From positions 1 through 64,000 of the forward strand of contig CBDBZY010000036.1 in NCBI GenBank assembly GCA_965213685.1: a DNA stretch of 64,000 nt. The letters are read 5' to 3'. Origin of the DNA: a bacterium (GTDB taxonomy: Bacteria > UBA8248). Each line of letters starts with the position of its first letter. Position 1 is the stretch's first letter. The notes beneath the pieces were generated by a model that saw nothing but the letters and a program-made list of their open reading frames with translations, searched no databases and was not told where the DNA came from. Made by a program: the position numbers and the translations under genes. Below are positions 44,993 to 53,720 of this stretch, in pieces.

Positions 44993-45991
44993 GTGAAAAC
45001 ATTGCGACGCTCGATGCGGGGCACTCCGTTCCTCACGCTCGCCCTGGTTTTGTTGGTCACGATTGCGCTGGGAGCCACCCAGGCTCTCGCCGCCTGGAAG
45101 CCGACCCGCCCGATTGAATTCATCATCATGGCGGGCAAAGGCGGGGGTGCGGACCGCATCGCCCGTCTCATGCAAAAAATCGTCACCCAAAACAAGTGGT
45201 CGCCGCAGCCCCTGGTGCCAATCAACAAAAAGGGGGGGTCAGGTGCCGAGGCGATGCTCTATCTCCATTCCAAAAAAGGGAATCCGCACGTCATTCTCGT
45301 TACGCTGAACAGTTTCTTCACCACCCCGGCCTTGCGGAACCTCCCGGTGAACTACACGAAACTCACGCCGGTCTATCGCCTGGCCATGGACACGTTCCTT
45401 CTCTGGGTCAATCCGAAATCGGGCATCAAGAACATCGACGATTTCGTGAAGGCCGTGAAAGCCAAGAAAGGGAAGTGGACGATGGGCGGCACCGGCAAGA
45501 TGCAAGAGGATCAGCTCGTCACCAACATGCTGATGCAGACGTATGGATTGAAGGGGATGATCACCTATGTGCCCTTCCGAGGCGGCGGCACCGTGGCCAA
45601 AAACCTCGCCGGCGGACACGTCGATTCCACCGTGAACAACCCCTCCGAGGGACTGCCCCACTACCCCGGCAAAATGCGGCCCATCGCCGCCCTGACCCCG
45701 GAGCGGATTCCGGCGTTCAAGGAGGTTCCCACCTTCAAGGAGCTGGGGAAGCCGGAGCTCGTGTATTTCATGCAGCGCAGCATCAACGCACCCGGCGGCA
45801 TCTCGAAAGACGCCCTGAAGTGGTATAGCGATTTGTTCACCAAGCTGTGCAATTCCGAGGAGTGGAAGTCCTACACGAAACAGAAAGCCCTGAACCGCGC
45901 CTGCCTGAGCGGTGCGCCGCTGGGAGAATTCTTCGCCTCCGAGGACGTGAAACACAAGCAGTTGCTCAAGGGCATGGGATTGCTGAAATAA
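44993..45991 (+). CDS. tctC: Tripartite tricarboxylate transporter substrate-binding protein (TctC/Bug)
   Basis: Signal peptide; WKPTRPIEFII..GKGGGAD..AR, NKKGGSG, YVPFRGGG, VPTFKELG. Confidence 0.9.
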   Translation: MKTLRRSMRGTPFLTLALVLLVTIALGATQALAAWKPTRPIEFIIMAGKGGGADRIARLMQKIVTQNKWSPQPLVPINKKGGSGAEAMLYLHSKKGNPHVILVTLNSFFTTPALRNLPVNYTKLTPVYRLAMDTFLLWVNPKSGIKNIDDFVKAVKAKKGKWTMGGTGKMQEDQLVTNMLMQTYGLKGMITYVPFRGGGTVAKNLAGGHVDSTVNNPSEGLPHYPGKMRPIAALTPERIPAFKEVPTFKELGKPELVYFMQRSINAPGGISKDALKWYSDLFTKLCNSEEWKSYTKQKALNRACLSGAPLGEFFASEDVKHKQLLKGMGLLK

Positions 45992-46008
45992 TCGGGAGAA
46001 GAATCTAG

Positions 46009-46500
46009 ATGCAGCGGGCGGATAGGGTTACCGCCATCGGGCTGATTCTTTTATCCCTTGGCGTCGCCTGGAAGTCGACAGAACTACCCATCGGCATTCT
46101 TCCCAAGGAAGGGCCAGGAGGGGGGTTCCTCCCCTTCTGGCTCTCTTTGGGGATAGCCGCCCTCGCGCTTCTCGTGCTGTTGAAGTCCCTTTTTTTCTCC
46201 GCGCAAGATGAATCAACCGGGGACGACGCCCCTCCGTTCGTGAGTTCGCAAGGGCTGGTCGACCTGTTGCGCGTCGGCTTTCCCGGAATGCTCATGATTC
46301 TGTTTGTCGCCATTATTTCGGTATATTTCTCCGCCGCGATCTTCATATTCTATTGTCTGTTCGTGGTCGGGAGACACAACCTGAGAACGAGTGTTGCCGT
46401 ATCTCTGGGCGTTCCCGTTGCGATCTACTACATCTTCGAGAAGTTCTTGATCATCCCCTTGCCAAAAGGGTATCTGGATTTCCTGTTTTACTGGAATTGA
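46009..46500 (+). CDS. tctB: Tripartite tricarboxylate transporter TctB
   Basis: GPGGGFLP, four to five TM segments, F...L.IPLPKG. Confidence 0.88.
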   Translation: MQRADRVTAIGLILLSLGVAWKSTELPIGILPKEGPGGGFLPFWLSLGIAALALLVLLKSLFFSAQDESTGDDAPPFVSSQGLVDLLRVGFPGMLMILFVAIISVYFSAAIFIFYCLFVVGRHNLRTSVAVSLGVPVAIYYIFEKFLIIPLPKGYLDFLFYWN

Positions 46501-46597
46501 GGGGCTCTCTTTTCTCTTTGTTGCGTTGTCCCGCCGTTCGACAAGACGTCCGCGCGATGGAGAGGGACAAGGTTGTTGGTCGGAAGGGTCGAATATA

Positions 46598-48124
46598 TTG
46601 GAGATTCTTGGAAACCTGTTTTACGGGCTAGGGATTGCGCTTTCGCCTCAAAACCTCTTGATGGCCCTGTTTGGCGTTGTTCTGGGCGTCGCCATTGGCG
46701 CGATGCCCGGCCTGGGTTCCGTGAACGGCGTCGCCATCCTCCTGCCGATCACGTTTGCGGTTCCGCCGACGAGCGCCATCATATTCCTGGCCGCCATCTA
46801 TTACGGCGCCATGTACGGCGGCGCCATCAGCTCCATCACCCTCAACATTCCGGGGGCGTCCACCGCCGTCGCGACCACGTTTGACGGCTATCCCCTGGCC
46901 AGAAAGGGCAAGGCGGCGGAGGCCCTTGTGGCTGCGGCGGTGGCCAGCTTTGTGGGCGGAACGCTGTCCATCGTCCTTTTTACGTTCTTCGCGCCGCCTC
47001 TGGCGGAATTCGCCCTCCGCTTCGGCCCCCCCGAGGAATTCGCCGTCGTGCTGCTGGCCTACGCCACTTTCGCGGGACTCGGCGGTGAAGACCCCATCAA
47101 GACGATCATCGCCACCATGCTGGGTCTGCTCATGTCCACTGTGGGCACCGACATCGTGAGCGGCTCGCCGCGCTTGATATTCGGAGGGATCACGGGTTTT
47201 TATCACGGCATCAATTTTCTCGTCCTGGCGATTGGCATCTACGGGGTCGGTGAAATTTTCTACACCCTGGAGGAAGGCATTCAGACGAAAGAGCGCTACC
47301 AGGCGAAGCTCAGCCTCCAGGAAGCCATCTCGACGCTCCGAAGCCTCTGGCAGCACTCCGCCACCATCCTGAAGGGTTCCGTTCTGGGGTTTTTTGTCGG
47401 CATGCTTCCGGCCGCCGGCGCAACGCCGGCGAGCTTCATGAGCTACAGCATCGCAAAAAAGTTTTCCAAAAACCCGGAGGAATTCGGCAAGGGCGCCATC
47501 GAGGGCGTCGCCGCACCCGAGTGCGCCAACAACGCCGCGAGCACCGGCTCCATGCTTCCCATGCTGACGCTGGGGATTCCGGGTTCCCCGACCACGGCGG
47601 TGATGCTCGGCGCCCTGTTCGTGTGGGGGCTTGTGCCGGGCCCTCGATTGTTCGTCGAGAACGCGGAGTTCGTGTGGGGACTGACGGGGAGTCTCTACAT
47701 CGCCAACACGCTGGCGGTCATGGTCGCTATTTTTGCGGTTCCGATTTTCATCTGGATGCTCAGGATGCCCATGACGATTCTGGCGCCGGTCATTCTCGTC
47801 GTCTGCGCCGTGGGCGGATTCTCGCCCACCCAGGACATGTTCGACGTGTATCTGATGTTCATATTCGGCGCGGCAGGGTATGTGTTTCGGAAGCTCGACT
47901 ATCCCCTTGCCCCGATGGTGCTGGCGCTGGTACTCGGAGGGCTGACGGAGCGCACCTTCCGCCAGAGCATGATCATGAGCCACGGGAGCCCGGGGATTCT
48001 TTTCGACTTCGCCGGGCGTCCGATAGCCGCAACCTTGATGGTCATTTCCATCACCTTGTTCATCATGCCCCTGTTGCCCATGCTCTTCAGGTTCCGGGTT
48101 TCTCGGAAAAAGACGGCGGCGTAG
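46598..48124 (+). CDS. tctA: Tripartite tricarboxylate transporter permease TctA
   Basis: GAMPGLG, YGGAISSI..NIPG, DGYP, APECANNA, LTLGIPG; TTG start. Confidence 0.93.
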   Translation: MEILGNLFYGLGIALSPQNLLMALFGVVLGVAIGAMPGLGSVNGVAILLPITFAVPPTSAIIFLAAIYYGAMYGGAISSITLNIPGASTAVATTFDGYPLARKGKAAEALVAAAVASFVGGTLSIVLFTFFAPPLAEFALRFGPPEEFAVVLLAYATFAGLGGEDPIKTIIATMLGLLMSTVGTDIVSGSPRLIFGGITGFYHGINFLVLAIGIYGVGEIFYTLEEGIQTKERYQAKLSLQEAISTLRSLWQHSATILKGSVLGFFVGMLPAAGATPASFMSYSIAKKFSKNPEEFGKGAIEGVAAPECANNAASTGSMLPMLTLGIPGSPTTAVMLGALFVWGLVPGPRLFVENAEFVWGLTGSLYIANTLAVMVAIFAVPIFIWMLRMPMTILAPVILVVCAVGGFSPTQDMFDVYLMFIFGAAGYVFRKLDYPLAPMVLALVLGGLTERTFRQSMIMSHGSPGILFDFAGRPIAATLMVISITLFIMPLLPMLFRFRVSRKKTAA

Positions 48125-48206
48125 GCGCAACCGCGCCAGCGCGCCGCGCGCGGGAACGCCGGGGGTATCGCCCCGGCGCCATCGGACCCCGCGGCGGACG
48201 GAGATT

Positions 48207-49121
48207 CTAGGGGTCCATCGCGCACCGGAAGCCGATGTTGAAATTCTTGTACCACGGCTCGAAGCCTTCGCGCGCCGAACAGCGCAAGCTGTCCTCGATA
48301 TAATCCCAGCCGCAGCCGCGCGCCACCTTGGCGGTCCAGGCGTAGCCCGCCCTGCGGGGAAGCCAACCCTCGTCGTCTCCGAAGCGAATCTTGTAGCTGT
48401 CCTCGTCGCGCTGGAGGATTTCGTAACGCTCCCCCCGCCTGGCCTCCCCTACGCTCAGCGTCCCCCCGCCCGGGACGGCGAATACGGGAACCCGCGCCAT
48501 CGCCACTTCAAAGGTGGGTCTCTCCAGTCCGCGCGGGTTCTCCGCCGGGCTTGTTTGGTAATAAAAACCGTCAAACCAGTCCGAGACCCACTCAAAGACG
48601 TTCCCCGCCATTTGCACGCACCGATACGGGGAGCCGCTCTCTTCTTCGAGTTCATGGACATTGCGGGGATGGTGGACGTCAATCCCCGCGAAGACGGCCC
48701 GTTCGGGAGAAGGCTCCTCCCCGCCCCAGGGATATTTGCGCCCATCCGTTCCGCGCGACGCCTTTTCCCACTCCGCCTCGGTCGGCAGACGCTTGCCCGC
48801 CCACTCGGCATACGCATGGGCCTCGTCCCAACTGATGCTGACAATCGGCTGCTCTGGCCCCACGAAATCATCCTTCGAGAATGACGGCGGGGGAGGAAAT
48901 GCGTTGGTCTCCTCCAGAAAGGCGCGATACTGCGCGTTCGTCACGCAATACCTGTCGATCCAGAAAGCGTCGAGAATGACCTCATGCTGCGGACGCTCAT
49001 CCGCGTTGCCGGCATCCGATCCCATCAAGAACGGCCCGGCCGGCACGCACACCATGGGGGATTGGTCCTTCCCTCTTTTCATTTCCTCCGGCACCTCGTT
49101 CATCCTCATCTGCGCGCGCAT
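48207..49121 (-). CDS. Formylglycine-generating-enzyme (SUMF1/EgtB/PvdO) fold protein with an SH3-like insertion
   Basis: F.MGS, ERPQHEV, VTNAQY, RLPTEAEWEKASRG, YPWG, MAGNVFEW, NIGFRC. Confidence 0.85.
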   Translation of the reverse strand: MRAQMRMNEVPEEMKRGKDQSPMVCVPAGPFLMGSDAGNADERPQHEVILDAFWIDRYCVTNAQYRAFLEETNAFPPPPSFSKDDFVGPEQPIVSISWDEAHAYAEWAGKRLPTEAEWEKASRGTDGRKYPWGGEEPSPERAVFAGIDVHHPRNVHELEEESGSPYRCVQMAGNVFEWVSDWFDGFYYQTSPAENPRGLERPTFEVAMARVPVFAVPGGGTLSVGEARRGERYEILQRDEDSYKIRFGDDEGWLPRRAGYAWTAKVARGCGWDYIEDSLRCSAREGFEPWYKNFNIGFRCAMDP

Positions 49122-49140
49122 CCGTTTTGCGGCGTGGGCG

Positions 49141-49172
49141 AAAAAGGACGGGGCCCGCGTCCGGGCCCCGTC
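49141..49172 (-). terminator. Rho-independent terminator after the oxidoreductase operon
   Basis: 11-bp stem GACGGGGCCCG / CGGGCCCCGTC followed by a T run on the minus strand. Confidence 0.8.
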
Positions 49173-49205
49173 AGGAACTTGCCAATACAGATGATTCGCG
49201 AAGCA

Positions 49206-50234
49206 TTACTTCTTGCTGGGGTCATTCACCCGGAAGGGGATGACGCCGGGCACCATCCAGTCGTCCCACATTTTGTCCACTTCTTCCTGGAAGTATTGAT
49301 AGTCTTCCTCCTCAAAATGGTGGAACCGACCCTGCGTCTCCAGGTATTCGCGCACCTGCTTGCGGGAGCGCTTGCCGTAGACCTGGCGCGCGGAGATGCC
49401 CGTATAGGTCAGCTGCCCGTCCGTCATCTCCCAGAGGGGGAAAAGGCCGGTTTCGACGGCCAGCTCCCCGAGCTTGTGAGAATAGAACGGGTCGTAGTCC
49501 CAGCCTTTGGGGCATGGATCCAGCGTGTGCACAAACGCCGGGCCCGTCGTGGCGAGGGCTTTTCTGACCTTGTCGATCAGGTCCGCCGGATACGAGGCGT
49601 CCGCCGTGGCCACGTAGTTGCAGCGCGTGTGCCCGACGGCGTACATGGCGGCGATGTTCTTCTTCCAGCAATCGTGCATGATGCGGAATTTCTTGCCGGG
49701 AGGCGTGAACGTCGTGTTGGCACCCCAGGGGGACGCGCCGGAAATCTGGATGTCCGTGTTCGCGTATGACTCGTTGTCATAGCAGATGATCGCCAGATTG
49801 TACTTCGCGTGCATCAGCGCGGCGGATATGGACGACACGCCCATGTCGATGCCGCCCCCGTCTCCGCAGAAGGCGATGACGTTGATCGGCTCTTCCTTCA
49901 TCTTGCCCTTTCTCATCAACGCGCGAAGAGCCGCCGCCGTTCCCGTCGCGGCCGAGCCGGACGACCCCAGCTGCGTATGCATCCACGGCACCACCCAGGG
50001 GGTGCTGTAATACGTGGTGTTCGCCACGTACATGCACCCCGTGCTGCCCAGAATGATGGAGCGGGGGCCTGCCGCCTTCGCCATGAGACGCATGATAAGG
50101 GCACTCTCGCAGCCCTGGCATGTCCTGTGCCCGCTCGTGAAATACTCCTCCACCGCTTTCTCGGGAATCGCGTTGACTTTCCCCATCAAGGGAAGCGCTT
50201 GCGTTCCAATGTTGTATTCGGAAGTTTCCGCCAT
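49206..50234 (-). CDS. 2-oxoacid:ferredoxin oxidoreductase beta subunit (oxalate oxidoreductase-like)
   Basis: GHRTCQGC, TGCMYVANT, TPP motif GDGG...DNESYANT, GANTTFTPPG, PCPKGW. Confidence 0.9.
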   Translation of the reverse strand: MAETSEYNIGTQALPLMGKVNAIPEKAVEEYFTSGHRTCQGCESALIMRLMAKAAGPRSIILGSTGCMYVANTTYYSTPWVVPWMHTQLGSSGSAATGTAAALRALMRKGKMKEEPINVIAFCGDGGGIDMGVSSISAALMHAKYNLAIICYDNESYANTDIQISGASPWGANTTFTPPGKKFRIMHDCWKKNIAAMYAVGHTRCNYVATADASYPADLIDKVRKALATTGPAFVHTLDPCPKGWDYDPFYSHKLGELAVETGLFPLWEMTDGQLTYTGISARQVYGKRSRKQVREYLETQGRFHHFEEEDYQYFQEEVDKMWDDWMVPGVIPFRVNDPSKK

Positions 50235-50236
50235 GA

Positions 50237-51454
50237 TTAGCCCCTCACTCCGATCCAGTCGACCTCGTTGTCGGCCACGTTGTTGTTGGCGATGGAAAAG
50301 ACTTGGTCCGCCATCTGTTTCACGTCCTCCAGCAGCACCTCGCGGCCCCCGAGGCCGCAAACGAACCCTTTCATGTGAGGCACCTTGTCCGCTCCATACA
50401 TGGCGGCTTTCACCTCATTATACAGGATGCCGCCGTGATAGGGCGACCCGAAAGAATAGTCGCGGTCAATGACCCCCACGGCCCGGAAGCGCGAGAGCGA
50501 CGCGCGCAACTCCTCCGTCGGGAACGGCCGGAACCATTTCAGGCGCACCAGACCGATTTTCTTGCCCTCCTTGCGCATTTCGCGGATGGCGACCTTCACC
50601 GGCAGGCTCAGCGTTCCCATGCCGCAAAGCACGATGTCGGCGTCCTCCGTCATGTATTCGTCGAGAAACGGGTCCGTGTCCGCGCCGAAAATCCTGCAGA
50701 AATCCGCGTGGGCTTCCTTCAGCACGGTGTAGGCGTTTTTCGCCGCCTCGCTGCTTTGCCGCCGCACTTCCATGAGCCAGTCTTCGTTGGCCTGCGGTGC
50801 GATGGTGATGGGATTGTCGGGGTGCAGCAACAAGTCGCCCCGATCATAGGGGGGGAGGAAGGCATTGACTTCCTCCTGTCCGGGCAGCCGCACCGTCGCC
50901 TGGCTGTGCGTCAGGAACGCGCCGTCCATCGCGATGGCGCACGGCAGATAGACCCTGGAGTCTTCAGCCACGCGATACGCCAACAGCCCGAGTTCGACGA
51001 CCTCCTGCGCCGTATCCGGAAAATTGATCATCCAGCCCAAATCGCGGACGAGCATGGCGTCGTTGTGCTCGGTGCCGAACGCGCCCGGATCATCCAGGGC
51101 GCGGCAGCCGACCAGCGCCACCATCGGCAGGCGCAAGCCCGCCGTGACGGCCAGCGGCTCCATCGCGTAGAGCCATCCCACGCCGCTGGAGCCCGTGAAT
51201 ACCCGCGCACCGCAAGCCGAGGCGTGCTTCACGATTTCAAACTGCCCGTGCTCGCTTTCCGCCGGAATGTAATCGGCGTCAAAATCGCCCTCTGCGATGA
51301 ATTTCGACACATACTGCATCACCGTGTCATACGGGCGTATGGGATACGCCGTGATGACGTCCACGTCCGCCAGGCGGCAGACGTGCGCCATGACCTCGCT
51401 TCCGGTGAGGAGATGTATTCCCGCACCTTGTTGCTGTTCGGTTGCCGTTGCCAT
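50237..51454 (-). CDS. 2-oxoacid:ferredoxin oxidoreductase alpha subunit (oxalate oxidoreductase-like)
   Basis: AYPIRPY, ESEH, RVFTGSSGVG, RALDDPG, FRPFP, GLGGR. Confidence 0.9.
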   Translation of the reverse strand: MATATEQQQGAGIHLLTGSEVMAHVCRLADVDVITAYPIRPYDTVMQYVSKFIAEGDFDADYIPAESEHGQFEIVKHASACGARVFTGSSGVGWLYAMEPLAVTAGLRLPMVALVGCRALDDPGAFGTEHNDAMLVRDLGWMINFPDTAQEVVELGLLAYRVAEDSRVYLPCAIAMDGAFLTHSQATVRLPGQEEVNAFLPPYDRGDLLLHPDNPITIAPQANEDWLMEVRRQSSEAAKNAYTVLKEAHADFCRIFGADTDPFLDEYMTEDADIVLCGMGTLSLPVKVAIREMRKEGKKIGLVRLKWFRPFPTEELRASLSRFRAVGVIDRDYSFGSPYHGGILYNEVKAAMYGADKVPHMKGFVCGLGGREVLLEDVKQMADQVFSIANNNVADNEVDWIGVRG

Positions 51455-51474
51455 CTGTCCGCTCCTATTTCCTA

Positions 51475-52662
51475 TTAAAGCTCTTTGAGAGGCTTGATTT
51501 TCGCCGTTTCGGAGTTGTGCCCCGCTTCGAGGCCCGCGCCCGAGAACGCCGCCGCGAGGCCGGTGATCGGGTGGCGGCCGCCTATTTTCCCGGTGGCGAT
51601 TTTCTCGTCCATGTAGTTTTCGTATTCCTCCTTGTTCTCGTGCCACATCTGGTATTGGCTGTCCCGCTCCTCGAAGACGACCTCGTTCACCATCGTGATG
51701 CAGTCTTTGACGGGACAAATGGCCTCGCACACGCCGCAGCCGCAACAGGCCTCCATGTTGGCGTCGAAGAAGCCGTCCGGGGTGACGTCGAAGCAGGTGT
51801 CCGGACACGCGACCCAGCAAAGGGTGCACTTCGTGCATTTATCGAAGGAGACGACCGGGCGCATGGTGCGGGTGGACCATTTTTTGAAATACGGGTTGCG
51901 GCCCGGCTCATACCCGCCGTCGCCGCCCCGAAAGCCCTCATGGCCGCCCACTCCGTCGATGACGACGCCCTGCCGCATTTCATGCCATTTCAGGAGCTCG
52001 AAGGTGAACGGGACTTCGTCGTTGCCCTGTCCCGGTTCGACTTCGACCGGGCGCAAATCCTCATAGACTTCGCGCGCGGCCTCGACGTGCGTCTCCGAGC
52101 CGATGTTCTCGCGAATGGCCGACTCCAGGGACGCGACGGAGCACATGCCGGGCTCGGCTTTCAGTGCCGCCCCCAGGCAGCGCGCGTCGGTTCCGTCGTC
52201 CTTGTACACCCAAAGGCCCGCGAAGCTCGGGTCGCTGTGGATGACCGCAAGTTTGTAGGGCGTTTCCCGGCGGTGAATATGCTTGACGAGCTCGCTCTCC
52301 TTCTTCGTCGAGGTGACGATCAGCGTGCCGCCAGGCTTCGTGACGGCGTTGATGGGCTGGAGGCCATACCATGCCCAGGACTCCACGCCCTTGCAGAGGG
52401 TGTCATCCACGCAGATGGAAATGTCCACCTGCTTGGGCTCATACTGCGCCGCCACGGACTCGAGCTCCTCTTCATTGTCCGCGATGTAGCCGAATTGCTT
52501 CGCCGGAATCCCGTTCCGCTCGGGCGAGTCGCTGTAGCGGCCAAATGAAATTCCCGGCTTCCCCTCCTTCACGGCCGCGAGAATCAGCGACCGTGAAATG
52601 TTCACGGCAAGCTGCTTCTGAAAGATCCCCCTGTAAATCACCTCAAATGATATGACGCTCAC
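51475..52662 (-). CDS. 2-oxoacid:ferredoxin oxidoreductase fused gamma/delta subunit with two [4Fe-4S] motifs
   Basis: Gamma-like N-terminal domain (DSPERNGIP) plus CTKCTLCWVACP and CCGCGVCEAICP. Confidence 0.88.
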   Translation of the reverse strand: MSVISFEVIYRGIFQKQLAVNISRSLILAAVKEGKPGISFGRYSDSPERNGIPAKQFGYIADNEEELESVAAQYEPKQVDISICVDDTLCKGVESWAWYGLQPINAVTKPGGTLIVTSTKKESELVKHIHRRETPYKLAVIHSDPSFAGLWVYKDDGTDARCLGAALKAEPGMCSVASLESAIRENIGSETHVEAAREVYEDLRPVEVEPGQGNDEVPFTFELLKWHEMRQGVVIDGVGGHEGFRGGDGGYEPGRNPYFKKWSTRTMRPVVSFDKCTKCTLCWVACPDTCFDVTPDGFFDANMEACCGCGVCEAICPVKDCITMVNEVVFEERDSQYQMWHENKEEYENYMDEKIATGKIGGRHPITGLAAAFSGAGLEAGHNSETAKIKPLKEL

Positions 52663-52761
52663 ATTCGATACCCCCCGCTCTGAAGTGGACGAAATGAAAT
52701 TCTCTGCTTCTAAAACCCGGATTGCCGGAAATCGAGCGATGCTGCGCGCCCCGCATTCGCG

Positions 52762-53532
52762 CTATGTTCTGATTTTCATTGCGCTCATCTCCTGATCCTC
52801 GATGCCCTCCGCCTCGACCAGATGGCGGATCATTCCCGAGATCGCCCTGTTTTTGTCGTTGGCGAGAACGGCGTCCAGAATCTGGCGATGCGCCTCCCAT
52901 GAATGCAGCCGGGCATTCTTGTCCCGAAGCGAGCGCTCCCGCATCTCGCTCAGGGAATTCAGCAGGCTATTCAGCAAGTGGTGCAGAAATTTGTTTTTCG
53001 CCGCTTCCGCAAGACCCAGATGAAACTCGGTGTCCTCCTCCAGGCCGAGTCCCCCTCCCGCTATCTCGGCGTGCTGCCGCTCCAGCGTGCGTTCGAGGCT
53101 CTGCGCTTCCTCCACGGTTGCCCGTTCCGCCGCCAGGGCTGTAATTTGCGGCTCCAGGACCCTGCGCGCCTCAAAGAGGTGGCGGATGCCGCTCTCGGTG
53201 CTGGACGACACTTTTTCGGAAATCACGGGGACCAGGGATTCGGGGCGGGCGGTGACAAACGTGCCCTCCCCCTGTCTCGTCTCCACCAGCCGGGCCGACT
53301 CCAGGGAGCGCGTGGCCTCCCGGACCGAATTGCGGCCAACGCCGAACTGCTCGCACAACTCGCGCTCGGACGGCAGCTTCTCCCCCGGCCTGATGGCGCC
53401 TTCCAGTATCAAGGAAGTGAGCTGGGCGACTATCGCCTCGTAGACGCGGGTTTTCTTCACCGCCTGGAGTTTGGCGTTGATGGCCAAAGCAGGTTCCTTC
53501 CCCACCAGGTTGCGCGTTTCGCGGTGCGCCAA
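52762..53532 (-). CDS. GntR/FadR family transcriptional regulator
   Basis: PGEKLPSERELCEQFGVGRNSVREA, QGEGTFV, FCD domain (EARRVLE, DTEFH, H..ILDA). Confidence 0.93.
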   Translation of the reverse strand: MAHRETRNLVGKEPALAINAKLQAVKKTRVYEAIVAQLTSLILEGAIRPGEKLPSERELCEQFGVGRNSVREATRSLESARLVETRQGEGTFVTARPESLVPVISEKVSSSTESGIRHLFEARRVLEPQITALAAERATVEEAQSLERTLERQHAEIAGGGLGLEEDTEFHLGLAEAAKNKFLHHLLNSLLNSLSEMRERSLRDKNARLHSWEAHRQILDAVLANDKNRAISGMIRHLVEAEGIEDQEMSAMKIRT

Positions 53533-53554
53533 GAGAGGCCTGTCCGCTTATGGG

Positions 53555-53568
53555 ATTGTCCTACCAAT
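53555..53568. promoter_or_regulatory. Candidate FadR-family operator
   Basis: ATTGTCCTACCAAT (reverse ATTGGTAGGACAAT), resembling PdhR/LldR-type TTGGT-n-ACCAA boxes, just upstream of the regulator. Confidence 0.55.
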
Positions 53569-53720
53569 GATTCTATCCCCTCCGCGCAGCCGGAGTCAAC
53601 CCCGGAAACGGGGGGCATTTGCGCCTTTTCCTCTGGAACAACCACATTTTCGCAACTTTTTCCTGCGGCGCTTGGTGAGAAGTCCCCCGCCAGTTTTCGC
53701 TCATCCGCCCTGGTGCTAGA

